Part shown: positions 38,901-47,308 of the stretch, piece by piece
How the letters are laid out: the number at the start of each line of letters is the position of its first letter
How positions within the stretch are numbered: position 1 is the stretch's first letter
NCBI GenBank assembly: GCA_963675785.1
Contig: OY776562.1
Coordinates: 2,560,001-2,624,000, forward strand
Direction: 5' to 3'
DNA: 64,000 bases
DNA from: Anaerolineae bacterium
GTDB taxonomy: Bacteria > Chloroflexota > Anaerolineae > UBA1429
Made by a program: the position numbers and the translations under genes
Notes under the pieces: model-generated
What the model was told of the DNA's origin: nothing
Database searches by the model: none
Seen by the model: only the letters and a program-made list of their open reading frames with translations

Positions 38901-40460
38901 TTGAGCCTTAATCGCAATTTGCCCGGCAACGGGAGCCTCGGACGGAAGGGACAAGAGGTTTAGACGAGGCGCATTATTCACGACACTAACAAGTTGAACA
39001 GGAGAGAGGGTATTTGAGCCGTCCAACATCTCTCCTACCACGTAAAGACCATATTCACCGTCGGGCAAATCAGTGGTATCCCACTGAACCTGCCAAAGAT
39101 TACCGACTTGGTTCATATTCCCTACACAGATACCCAGGCCCGACTCGTTACGAGCATAGAGCTCAAGTCCAGAAACATTCTGAGGATTATCGGGCACAGC
39201 GACCTGCACGCGGCTCGATCCACTTACAGTCTGTCCCTCCAGCGGCGAACCCACGACTGCCCTGGCCTGGCCCTCGAGAAGTATGGTAACGGGCTCTTCC
39301 GTCGAACTCCAGCCCGCCAAGCCAGACGAGTCCCAGGCAATAGCAAAGATGTACCAGCCATCACCTTGCCAGTCTTCAGGTAGGCGGGCTTGGATGCGCC
39401 AGCCATCGACACTGCTGGAATCCGTTCCCAACCACATCATATTGCCCGGATATGGTTGTTCGCTTTCTATGCCCGGGCACAACGTCACATCCTGATATAT
39501 GTAAACATCGATGCGTTCGATGGCACTATCTGCATCTTGAGCGATTAGAACGATATCAAAAGGAGAAGAAACTGCGGAAAGTGGCGCAGGTTCTATTATC
39601 GATACAGAAGGAGCCATGTTTTGCTGCACCACCAAAGATTGGCTCGTCGTTGTGCCAATGCTTGATTTGCCGCTATTGCTGCCGAGGATGGAAACATCAT
39701 AGATACCGTTCGCCAGAACATTTGTGAGATCAATGGAATCCCAGAACCCCTTGGTCCAAAGGCCAGAGATCCCATCGCCAACTACCCCGATCAAACGCCG
39801 AAGGGGTGAGCTGCTTACGGTGGGGGGGACAGTTTCCTGGCTTACAGCAAGCAGTGCTGCCGAATCGTCATCGGCAAGGGGCAATACAGCTAGAGGAACA
39901 GATGCCGGATCCGCTGTATTGAGTGCGGGGGTAACCAAAAGAGCCGCCTGCGGCGAGTAAAAAGATGTTGATTCAGCCCACATAACTTGAGAATCTGACA
40001 ACGAGGCCATCGCCATAATGCGACAAGGATCCAAGAAGGACAGTTTTTCAGCATCAACAGAGATAGACCAACCATCCTGACCGTTCTGGTCAATGCCAAG
40101 CAGATACAGTTGCACCGGCAATGTCTCGGTTGCGTCAGTAGTGCGCACATAAAAGGCGATACTGGTAATTGCCTCTGGGGGCTGGTTAGTGAAAGCAAAG
40201 ATGGAGAATTGTTGTGAGGACTGATCCAATTGAAAAGGTACAGAAACCTGAATTTGTACGGGGATATCAATATCGGTTTGGTCAGGATGATTAAGCAAAG
40301 ATTGTGTAACAGTGGGGGATATTACCTCGAGAGAAGAAACGAGAGGCGCCAAAAACAGACTGGCCAGAACGATTGCTGGCATCATACATAGAAAAGCTAG
40401 TCCCCTTTTATTGATCAGGGCCAAGCTCTTCAGACGATTCAACTGCAGTTTCAGAGTCAT
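36000..40460 (-). CDS. Large secreted/surface protein with tandem Ig-like repeats (start codon uncertain, 40385-40460)
   Basis: Hydrophobic N-terminal signal-like segment; many ~95-aa acidic beta-rich repeats with D.D.D, YS.D.G.TW and WDT motifs; no catalytic motif seen. Confidence 0.7.
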   Translation of the reverse strand: MTLKLQLNRLKSLALINKRGLAFLCMMPAIVLASLFLAPLVSSLEVISPTVTQSLLNHPDQTDIDIPVQIQVSVPFQLDQSSQQFSIFAFTNQPPEAITSIAFYVRTTDATETLPVQLYLLGIDQNGQDGWSISVDAEKLSFLDPCRIMAMASLSDSQVMWAESTSFYSPQAALLVTPALNTADPASVPLAVLPLADDDSAALLAVSQETVPPTVSSSPLRRLIGVVGDGISGLWTKGFWDSIDLTNVLANGIYDVSILGSNSGKSSIGTTTSQSLVVQQNMAPSVSIIEPAPLSAVSSPFDIVLIAQDADSAIERIDVYIYQDVTLCPGIESEQPYPGNMMWLGTDSSSVDGWRIQARLPEDWQGDGWYIFAIAWDSSGLAGWSSTEEPVTILLEGQARAVVGSPLEGQTVSGSSRVQVAVPDNPQNVSGLELYARNESGLGICVGNMNQVGNLWQVQWDTTDLPDGEYGLYVVGEMLDGSNTLSPVQLVSVVNNAPRLNLLSLPSEAPVAGQIAIKAQIVAGTCSVIGVQMVDELGNVITLPDMAISEDIASSVFSTEGLLAGKYVLSLMAEDDLTGQTTIIQRDIQLVSEQRALTLTVEDDETLKGIVAVNWTIEGVAVENGVTIQYSPDAGDHWTVLASGELEAPYQWDTRDNADSTEGVLRVIAVTPQSILSAERPVVVNNVNDAPVVYCSSPVPDYIISSQCLITWQAYDTDDDTLSAQVEYRVAGGEWQIIAKQTENQGQLTWLVRNVTPGTYQVRIKVFDPDGAVGEDSVYPVYISGNSAPVIRLNAPLENIELEDEAIVLWNTYDEDGDDLTISIEYSYDAGKTWLPLAEDLDNTGYYLWKFSFLPAGDEYRLRVIANDGQATGSAETGGLLTIGTPTDAAYELVSPREGDQLEGSVLLCWRALDESEQATPVALMVREANSNDWQLITEDCSQSNFGIWDATGLTGDYQLVLGIFGRTSGRYQLLDVVDEVSVTVGSIVTEPSVILLSPSAGQSVNGDVVVSWALSGFSTQATAQIDLWTEAQPNWVQVGSTDAQSERYILNEARFGIATSAMVRVTIVDDATRVSSAMEGAFCVLGNSHPPLLEVGSPDSDDVLADGQLVWMASDSDDDDVSVSIELSSDNGVSWDVLAARLDASGTYDLSSLPLGSKSRIRISATDGLFSTSWMSGDINLSSRPFVYIEAPLAGDRWSGLEIVRWQPSNGEIDPLEIDIQISMDGQNWESIATRISDEGVFLFDTRDMMNGWYWLRLVAVNETSRSEISGPFEVNNATFNQPLASLIVATEGFPMSGLERIAWDVIDEDNDSISIALAYSLDEGATWTTFATDDQAEGSVLWDTRDLPNTDRLWLRITATDGRYAVNDYLGPVEILNEGNPDIFFLTPSEPVWTGVQRVSWTGVSSVDCDATVQLDVSYDGGQTWRVRATDKALTDSYLWDTQSVKTGTSVRFRIAVIESGNVIAYAHSDEITIWGNTTLEPLE

Positions 40461-42639
40461 CAGTAGTTAACACCTGGCGGGAGCGTCCACCCGTCTCCGG
40501 TGGTCCAACAATTCCATGTTCCTCAAGTTGGTCGATCAAACGGGCTGCCCGAGGATACCCCACATGTAACTGGCGCTGCAAAAAGCTGGCCGAAGCCTGG
40601 CCGTGTTCTCGCACCAATTCGGTAGCCGCTTGTAGCACATCATCATCGCCTTCATCCCGGTCAAGGTCCATTCCTTCCCAGGGGGCTACTTCTTCTACTT
40701 GATCCTCATAAGCACTCTGCCGCCAAAAGGCAGTCACGTCATCTATCTCTTGTTCAGATATCCAGCAGCCCTGAATGCGCAAAAGATCAGACTGATCCGA
40801 GGCCATATAGAGCATGTCGCCACGCCCCAACAGTTTTTCAGCGCCTGGGACATCCAGAACAACGCGAGAATCTACCTGAGATGACACAGCAAAGCTAATG
40901 CGCGAAGGGAAATTGGCTTTGATGAGCCCGGTCACAACGTCTACGGATGGCCGCTGTGTAGCCAACACCAGATGAATGCCCGTTGCCCGTGCCATCTGCC
41001 CCAGTCGAGCTAGGGCTCGTTCACACTCTTCAGGTGACATGACCATCACATCGGCCAGTTCGTCGATGACAATAACAATGCGCGGCAAAATCGGCTGATC
41101 ATCGGCCCGTTGCATCTCGTTGTATGTATCAATGTTACGAGCGCTCGCATTGGAAAAAAGCTCGTACCGATGCTCCATTTCTTTTAACGTCCACTTGAGC
41201 GCCACAATGGTCTTTTCGACATCGACGACGACCGGGGCCAAAAGATGCGGTATCCCGTTATATCGCGACAACTCGACGCGTTTGGGATCAACCAGTAAAA
41301 GCTGGAGTTGATCTGGTGTGTAATGGAACAACAGAGAAGCAAGAATTGCATTGAGGCAGGCGCTCTTGCCGGTACCTGTAGCTCCTGCTAGCAACAGATG
41401 CGGCATACGAGTCAGATCGGCCACTATGGGCTCACCAGATACATTTCTGCCCAAGGCGATACGCAAACGCCCTCTGCTCATTTTGTAGGCTTTGGATTCA
41501 AGCACACCTCGCAATCCGACAATGGCTTTTTTCGGATTGGGGACTTCGATACCCACCATGGCGCGCCCAGGAATAGGAGCTTCGACACGAATAGGAGAGG
41601 CCGCTAGCGCCAAAGCAAGGTCATCCGCCAGGGCCGTAATTTTACTCACACGAACGCGCTTGCTGCCCGATTTTGATTCGACATAGCCAGGCACAACGCC
41701 AAACTGTGTAATCGTCGGGCCGCGTTTCCACTCTGTTACCCTGGCAGGCACGCCAAACTCTCGCAGAGTCTTTTCGATGATTTGCGCCTGCATACGCGAA
41801 TCAGCATCACTCCCCTCGTTCTCCGTGTCACTAATGAGCAGATCGAGAGGCGGTAGTTTACGCGAGCGGCGCTGAGCACGTCGAGGCGCGACAGTAGAAT
41901 CCGAATCAGGATTAGCAAGGACCGCCTGACGAGTAGCAACAGGTTCAGCAAGTAGAATGGGGATTTCTACTTGCTGCGCCAGTATGGCCTGTTCTTGCAG
42001 CAAAGCCTCTTGGCGCAGTGCCAGGTCAAGCTCAAGCCGCTGGCGAAGCCGAACACCGAGTGAAGCAAAAGCAGTACGTATGCCCCAAATAACTGTACGC
42101 CAATTCGTACGAGTTGCCAATAGCAATGAGGCAATGAATGCTATCGACAGAATGAGAATAGAAAAGGCACGTCCAATAATCGGCACCAAGAGGCGATAAA
42201 AAGCCCAGCCGAAAAAGCCGCCCCACATGCCATGGCTTGCGTACGAAAATGCCACATAGACGTCTTTTGCTGCGATGACGTGTACAAGTCCCAATAACAC
42301 AAAGAAGATCAATTCGACGCCAAGTAGAGTTTGCCACGATGGCGTCAGCTTATCTTCCAACGATTCCCAGAACAGGATGAGTACACCAGAAGCCAGAATG
42401 CCGGGGCCAACGATATAAGCGCCAAAGCCAAATAGTTGCTCCAGCATTGTGCTCCAGGCGCCGGTCCATACGCCTTGGTCACCAGAAAACAAGGCAATAT
42501 TCGTAACAGCGCCCACAGCCGTCAGAACGATGCCCCACACTTCGCGCTGCATAAGCCAACGACCAACGCGCTGTAACACTTGCACAAAACTAGATGTTTG
42601 TGCCTTGCGCCGCCTTGATTTTTTTCGCCTTGTTGCCAT
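40408..42639 (-). CDS. ftsK: DNA translocase FtsK/SpoIIIE
   Basis: N-terminal TM region, MPHLLLAGATGTGKS, VDPKRVE, IDELAD, ATQRPSVDV, gamma domain SASFLQR...GYPRAARL. Confidence 0.95.
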   Translation of the reverse strand: MATRRKKSRRRKAQTSSFVQVLQRVGRWLMQREVWGIVLTAVGAVTNIALFSGDQGVWTGAWSTMLEQLFGFGAYIVGPGILASGVLILFWESLEDKLTPSWQTLLGVELIFFVLLGLVHVIAAKDVYVAFSYASHGMWGGFFGWAFYRLLVPIIGRAFSILILSIAFIASLLLATRTNWRTVIWGIRTAFASLGVRLRQRLELDLALRQEALLQEQAILAQQVEIPILLAEPVATRQAVLANPDSDSTVAPRRAQRRSRKLPPLDLLISDTENEGSDADSRMQAQIIEKTLREFGVPARVTEWKRGPTITQFGVVPGYVESKSGSKRVRVSKITALADDLALALAASPIRVEAPIPGRAMVGIEVPNPKKAIVGLRGVLESKAYKMSRGRLRIALGRNVSGEPIVADLTRMPHLLLAGATGTGKSACLNAILASLLFHYTPDQLQLLLVDPKRVELSRYNGIPHLLAPVVVDVEKTIVALKWTLKEMEHRYELFSNASARNIDTYNEMQRADDQPILPRIVIVIDELADVMVMSPEECERALARLGQMARATGIHLVLATQRPSVDVVTGLIKANFPSRISFAVSSQVDSRVVLDVPGAEKLLGRGDMLYMASDQSDLLRIQGCWISEQEIDDVTAFWRQSAYEDQVEEVAPWEGMDLDRDEGDDDVLQAATELVREHGQASASFLQRQLHVGYPRAARLIDQLEEHGIVGPPETGGRSRQVLTTDDSETAVESSEELGPDQ

Positions 42640-42725
42640 TTTGCGTGTCCTGAAAATCTAAATTGCTGCGTAAGGTAATATCGCATGAAGTTGTCGCCTT
42701 GTCAACGACCCTAGAAAACCACACA

Positions 42726-42753
42726 CCCCAGACAAGTGTGGTCTTGCCTGGGG
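42726..42753 (-). terminator. Hairpin after the rpsA paralog (weak U tract)
   Basis: CCCCAGGCAAG...CTTGTCTGGGG inverted repeat on the minus strand. Confidence 0.45.
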
Positions 42754-42779
42754 CGTATTGGAGGGAAGGGAGCCAAGAA

Positions 42780-43847
42780 CTAGCAGTAAGCGCTTGAATC
42801 GTATTGACCATCCCATCGGGATTCGCGCTCATCAATCGAACTCGATAGCTCATCCGAAGAATCCAGCGATTCTTCTTCATCGATGCGCATACTCAATCCA
42901 AGCCGATGATTTACACTATCGATGCGTAAAATCCTTACTCGGACAACCTGTCCAGGAGAAACAACCTCTGAAGGATGCTCCAGATGGTGTGCCGAAATCT
43001 CTGAAAGATGAACAAGACCTTCTAATCCTTCTTCGATCTGAGCGAATGCCCCGAACCCTACAATATTGGTGATACGGGCATCCAGCTCTTGGCCCAGGGT
43101 GTACTTTTGTTCGACCACAGTCCATGGATCGGGTTGCATGCGTTTGAGGCTGAGTGCGACGCGTCTTCTGTCTCGGTCCACACTCATCACATACACTTGA
43201 ACCCGATCACCAATGGAGAGAATCTCGCGTGGATGCGTTACTCTCCCCCAAGAAAGCTCGGAAAGATGCACCAGACCATCGACTCCGCCCAGATCGACAA
43301 AAGCACCAAAATCACAGATATTGCTGACCACACCCGGGCATATATCACCAGGGGCTAGTTCATCCAGAACATGTTCGCCATCTTTGGCGCCCCAACGCGT
43401 GGCGCGCTCTGAAAAGACGAGGCGATTGCGAGAGCGATCGAGCTCGATGACTTTGAGGGAAACTTGCTTGCCAACCCAACGAGAGAGTTTTTCCTCTCGC
43501 GAAGCATCATCATCAAAGACAGGGACATCCGCCAACTGAGAAGCGGGGACAAAACCTTGTAACCGATCCCAACGAACAAGCAAGCCACCCCGGTTCCAGC
43601 CAGTGACCGTTGCGCTTACAACCTCGCCCGCATCAAAAACACTTTGAGCTTCTGCCCAGGCCTTGTCCAGCAAAGAAAATGTCGGCTGATAATCAACGTT
43701 GGGATTTACAAACGGCATGGATTGACCGTCCACAACGTCTGGTTGTGCATCCAAATCAACTTCAGGCACATCAGAAACATCCCGTCGTTCCTTGGCCCGT
43801 CTGATAAACCTCGCCATAGAGGTCAGAGAAAATTGTTGATCATCCAT
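42780..43847 (-). CDS. rpsA: 30S ribosomal protein S1-like protein (3 S1 domains)
   Basis: NRGGLLV, GFVPASQL, DFGAFVDLGGVDGLVHLSELSW, FGAF...EGLVHLSE repeats. Confidence 0.8.
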   Translation of the reverse strand: MDDQQFSLTSMARFIRRAKERRDVSDVPEVDLDAQPDVVDGQSMPFVNPNVDYQPTFSLLDKAWAEAQSVFDAGEVVSATVTGWNRGGLLVRWDRLQGFVPASQLADVPVFDDDASREEKLSRWVGKQVSLKVIELDRSRNRLVFSERATRWGAKDGEHVLDELAPGDICPGVVSNICDFGAFVDLGGVDGLVHLSELSWGRVTHPREILSIGDRVQVYVMSVDRDRRRVALSLKRMQPDPWTVVEQKYTLGQELDARITNIVGFGAFAQIEEGLEGLVHLSEISAHHLEHPSEVVSPGQVVRVRILRIDSVNHRLGLSMRIDEEESLDSSDELSSSIDERESRWDGQYDSSAYC

Positions 43848-43904
43848 GCACTTCCCCTTTCAAGCAGCAAACATCCACGTCACCCACCCCAGCCATAGAT
43901 ACGC

Positions 43905-43961
43905 AAAAACGGACCCCACCAGTCAGCAACAGCTCTGTTGCACCGTACTGGAGATCCGTTT
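43905..43961 (-). terminator. Leader terminator hairpin upstream of the rpsA paralog
   Basis: Minus strand AAACGGATCTC-CAGT...GCAACA-GAGC-TGTTGC...ACTG..GGGGTCCGTTTTT. Confidence 0.65.
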
Positions 43962-44038
43962 CACTGAGCACCGCATAACAAGTTTAGTATGCAAACCCTA
44001 ACTCGCATGAGACTCTAGGGGGGCAACAATACGTGAAT

Positions 44039-44067
44039 ATTATAGGCCAATCTGTCAAATATGTCAA
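44039..44067 (-). promoter_or_regulatory. Consensus sigma70 promoter of the rpsA paralog
   Basis: TTGACA (44067-44062), 17 bp, TATAAT (44044-44039). Confidence 0.85.
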
Positions 44068-44070
44068 TCA

Positions 44071-44090
44071 TCTAGGTATTTATACCTAGA
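44071..44090. promoter_or_regulatory. Palindromic operator-like site
   Basis: TCTAGGTAT-TT-ATACCTAGA, 9-bp perfect arms, in the divergent promoter region. Confidence 0.55.
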
Positions 44091-44180
44091 AAAATCTTGT
44101 TATTTGATTTGCACAGAACCCCGAGTCGAGTAAACTCCGCTGGCAGTTCATCAATTGAACATGTCCAGGAGGTAGTCGCC

Positions 44181-45290
44181 GTGAAGACTGTTAAAATCGG
44201 TATCATTGGATGTGGAAATATCTCATCCTCATATTTTGAGACAGCAAATGCCTTTGGCGCCATCGAATGTGTGGCCTGTGCAGACCTTGACCTCGAACGC
44301 GCCCAAGCGAGAGCGGAAGAATTTGGGATTCCTTGTGCTTGTACTGTAGACGAGCTCTTGGCCAACAAGGAAATCGAAATCGTTATCAACCTGACCACTC
44401 CTCAGGCCCACCGAACAGTGAGTGTTGCTGCGCTGCAAGCGGGTAAGCACGTCTACACTGAAAAGCCGCTGGCCGTAACCCCAGAAGATGGCATGGCCAT
44501 CCTGGAAGCGGCCCAAAAAGCCAACTTGCGGATTGGTTGCGCCCCGGGTACACCTCTCGGTGCCGGGCTGCAAACTTGCCGCAAGCTCATTGATGATGGC
44601 GTCATTGGCACACCCGTTGCCTGCTCGGCCTTTATGATGAGTCACGGCCACGAGAGCTGGCATCCCGATCCTGCTTATTATTACCAAATCGGCGCTGGCC
44701 CCATGTTCGATATGGGCCCCTATTATCTCACCGCTCTTACCACCCTGCTTGGTCCTATTTCGCGCATCTGCGGCACAGCCGGTATTCAGATCCCCGAACG
44801 CACCATCACCAGTCAGCCTAAATACGGCGAAAAGATCATCGTGCGCACACCAGACCATGTAGCCGGCACCATGACCTTTGCCAGCGGCGCCATTGGCACC
44901 ATCATTACCACCTTTGCCACCTGGCCCTCGCAACTGCCACGCATCGAGATCTATGGCACCGAAGGAACACTCAGCGTGCCCGATCCCAACACACTAGGTG
45001 GCCCCATCAAGCTTTGCAAGGCGGGCAGCAAAGAATGGGAAGAGATTGAACTAGCCTTCCCACACAGTGTGCGCAAAGATATGTGGGGACTCGGCGTGGT
45101 AGATATGGCCTATGCGATCCGCAGCAATCGTCCCCAGCGCATCACGGGCAAGCAGGCGTACCATGTACTCGAGTGTATGCAGGCATTTCTCAAATCGTCC
45201 GAAGAAGCCCGTTATTACGACGTCCAGAGCACTTTTGACCCTCCCGCACCATTGCCGTTGGGACTCGACGCTTATGAACTCGATGAATGA
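44181..45290 (+). CDS. Gfo/Idh/MocA family oxidoreductase
   Basis: IGIIGCGNIS, GKHVYTEKP, WHPDP..YY..GAGPMFDMGPYY; GTG 44181 after AGGAGG. Confidence 0.9.
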   Translation: MKTVKIGIIGCGNISSSYFETANAFGAIECVACADLDLERAQARAEEFGIPCACTVDELLANKEIEIVINLTTPQAHRTVSVAALQAGKHVYTEKPLAVTPEDGMAILEAAQKANLRIGCAPGTPLGAGLQTCRKLIDDGVIGTPVACSAFMMSHGHESWHPDPAYYYQIGAGPMFDMGPYYLTALTTLLGPISRICGTAGIQIPERTITSQPKYGEKIIVRTPDHVAGTMTFASGAIGTIITTFATWPSQLPRIEIYGTEGTLSVPDPNTLGGPIKLCKAGSKEWEEIELAFPHSVRKDMWGLGVVDMAYAIRSNRPQRITGKQAYHVLECMQAFLKSSEEARYYDVQSTFDPPAPLPLGLDAYELDE

Positions 45291-45308
45291 TCAAAACGAG
45301 GGCTTGGC

Positions 45309-45337
45309 TTGACAGACATACAGCCCTGCTGTAGACT
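45309..45337 (+). promoter_or_regulatory. Promoter of the arg operon
   Basis: TTGACA (45309-45314), 17 bp, TAGACT (45332-45337). Confidence 0.75.
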
Positions 45338-45361
45338 GTTGCTATTATGCAAGGGAAAAAG

Positions 45362-45415
45362 ATGATCGTGATCGCTAACTTTCAGAGGCGCAGCATGAGG
45401 ACTAGGCCGGACTAA
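45362..45415 (+). CDS. Putative arg leader peptide MIVIANFQRRSMRTRPD
   Basis: 17-codon ORF after AAGGG; 4 Arg codons within 7 (AGG CGC AGC ATG AGG ACT AGG); lies between the promoter and the leader terminator. Confidence 0.65.
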   Translation: MIVIANFQRRSMRTRPD

Positions 45416-45456
45416 TGTCTGGGTAGTTGCGCTTGAGTTGGGAACATGATACCCAC

Positions 45457-45486
45457 AAGGGCTCTCCAGACGGAGAGCCCTTTTTT
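45457..45486 (+). terminator. Attenuator terminator ahead of argC
   Basis: AAGGGCTCTCC-AGAC-GGAGAGCCC-TTTTTT, about 23 nt before the argC start. Confidence 0.85.
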
Positions 45487-45509
45487 CGTTTATGGCCAGG
45501 AGCAGAACT

Positions 45510-46532
45510 ATGATCAAAGCAGGGGTCTTGGGCGCTACAGGATTCGCGGGTAACGAGCTCGTAGATATTCTTTTACGGCATCCCGAGGTTGAAATTGCCT
45601 TTCTTTCTTCCGCAAGCTATGCTGGAAAACGCTATTGTGATACCTGCAGGTCAACCTTTAAGATGACTTTGGTGACCCCTGAGGCCGTGCCCTATGCAAA
45701 CGCTGATATAGTCTTTTTATGCCTGCCTCATGGTGCCTCATCTGCTTATGCCAAGCTAGCCATAGAGGCTGGAGCCTGCTGTATTGATCTCTCGGCGGAT
45801 TTCCGCTTGCGAGATCTAAGCATCTACGAAACATGGTACGGCCAACATCAGGCACCCGAACTACTATCGCAAGCGGTTTACGGCCTCACCGAGGTTTATC
45901 GCGACAGCTTGGTCGGGGCCAAATTGGTAGCTAACCCGGGTTGCTACCCCACCGGTCCCCTGCTAGCGCTCATTCCCTGGCTCAAAGCCGGTTTGATCAA
46001 ATCCAAGCACCTCATTATTGATGCCAAGTCGGGCACATCTGGAGCGGGGGCCAAACCGTCCGAAAAAACGCACTTTATGAACGTGCATGAGAATTTCTCG
46101 GCGTATAACATCGGTCGGCTACATCGCCATGTGCCTGAAATCGAACAGGAACTTGCTGGTGCAGCCGAACAGGATATTCAGATCGTTTTTAGCCCTCACT
46201 TGCTGCCGATTACACGTGGCATTCTCTCCAATATTTATGTCACCGCAATAGATGGTACTAGTGAGCAAGACCTACGCGCGAGTTGGGAAACAACCTATGC
46301 CGATGAGCCCTTTATCACGCTATGTGCAGCGGGCAAACTTCCCGAATTGGCAGATGTGGCCCGTACCAACGCCTGCCACATGGCGTTGACACCCGCTGGA
46401 CGTGAAGGTGAGTTCATTGTCACCACGGCCATCGACAATCTGGTCAAAGGCGCTTCTGGCCAGGCCGTGCAGAACATGAACGTGATGTTTGGACTAGAAG
46501 AAACCCTGGCGCTGACCGGAGGCAAAGCCTAA
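45510..46532 (+). CDS. argC: N-acetyl-gamma-glutamyl-phosphate reductase
   Basis: GATGFAG, DLSADFRL, ANPGCYPT, SGTSGAG, HRHVPEI, DNLVKGASGQAVQN. Confidence 0.95.
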   Translation: MIKAGVLGATGFAGNELVDILLRHPEVEIAFLSSASYAGKRYCDTCRSTFKMTLVTPEAVPYANADIVFLCLPHGASSAYAKLAIEAGACCIDLSADFRLRDLSIYETWYGQHQAPELLSQAVYGLTEVYRDSLVGAKLVANPGCYPTGPLLALIPWLKAGLIKSKHLIIDAKSGTSGAGAKPSEKTHFMNVHENFSAYNIGRLHRHVPEIEQELAGAAEQDIQIVFSPHLLPITRGILSNIYVTAIDGTSEQDLRASWETTYADEPFITLCAAGKLPELADVARTNACHMALTPAGREGEFIVTTAIDNLVKGASGQAVQNMNVMFGLEETLALTGGKA

Positions 46533-47308
46533 TGCCACCTATCCTCGTTCTCAAAGTTGGTGGGGCCGAGCTAGCAGACCGAGAAGCACTTGAGTTGTTC
46601 GTTCAGGCTGCTGTGGCTGCAACTCGGAAGGCCCATCTCATCATTGTTCACGGCGGCGGCCCTGAAATCGCTGCAACCCAGCAAGCCTTGGGCCTAGAGC
46701 CACGCTTCGCCGACGGCCTGCGCATCACCGATGACGCCTCTTTGCGCGTAGCCGAGATGGTACTCTCTGGTCTGGTGAACAAGCGCTTGGCTGGCGCCCT
46801 GACTATCGCGGGAGCCCCAGCTCTGGGCATCTCCGGCATCGATGCAGGCCTGCTTACTGCCCAGCGGCTTACTCCCCAAGGCCAGAATATTGGCTGGGTG
46901 GGCGACATACACAGCGTCAAGGTCGGATTATTGATCAGCTTGTCTTCACTAGGTCTAATTCCCGTGGTCTCACCCATCTCAATGGATGAGACAGGGCAGC
47001 ATTACAACGTTAACGCCGATTCAGCAGCGCTGGCCATCGCTCAAGCACTCAGCGCCGATGAACTGGTCTTTCTCACCAACGTACCTGGTGTACTCCTCAA
47101 TGCCCAACTCTTGTCCACGCTAGATGGCACCGACATCGAAAACCTGATTGCCGAGGGTACTATTTCCGGAGGCATGATCCCAAAAACACGCTCCGCCGTA
47201 CAAGCAACCCGCCAGGGTGTGGCCTGCGTACGTATCACTAACCTAGAAGGACTCGCCACCGACAGCGGTACCCGCGTCGTTCTGCACAAAGTACAGGAGC
47301 AAGCCTGA
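46532..47308 (+). CDS. argB: Acetylglutamate kinase
   Basis: KVGG, VHGGGPEI, GLRITD, NVNAD, GGMIPK. Confidence 0.92.
   Translation: MPPILVLKVGGAELADREALELFVQAAVAATRKAHLIIVHGGGPEIAATQQALGLEPRFADGLRITDDASLRVAEMVLSGLVNKRLAGALTIAGAPALGISGIDAGLLTAQRLTPQGQNIGWVGDIHSVKVGLLISLSSLGLIPVVSPISMDETGQHYNVNADSAALAIAQALSADELVFLTNVPGVLLNAQLLSTLDGTDIENLIAEGTISGGMIPKTRSAVQATRQGVACVRITNLEGLATDSGTRVVLHKVQEQA

Noticed and set aside
45340-45490. T-box riboswitch or ARG box upstream of argC
   Set aside because: No GGTGGNACC antiterminator motif, and the leader is short for a T-box. Only a half-site-like TATTATGCA resembles an ARG box.
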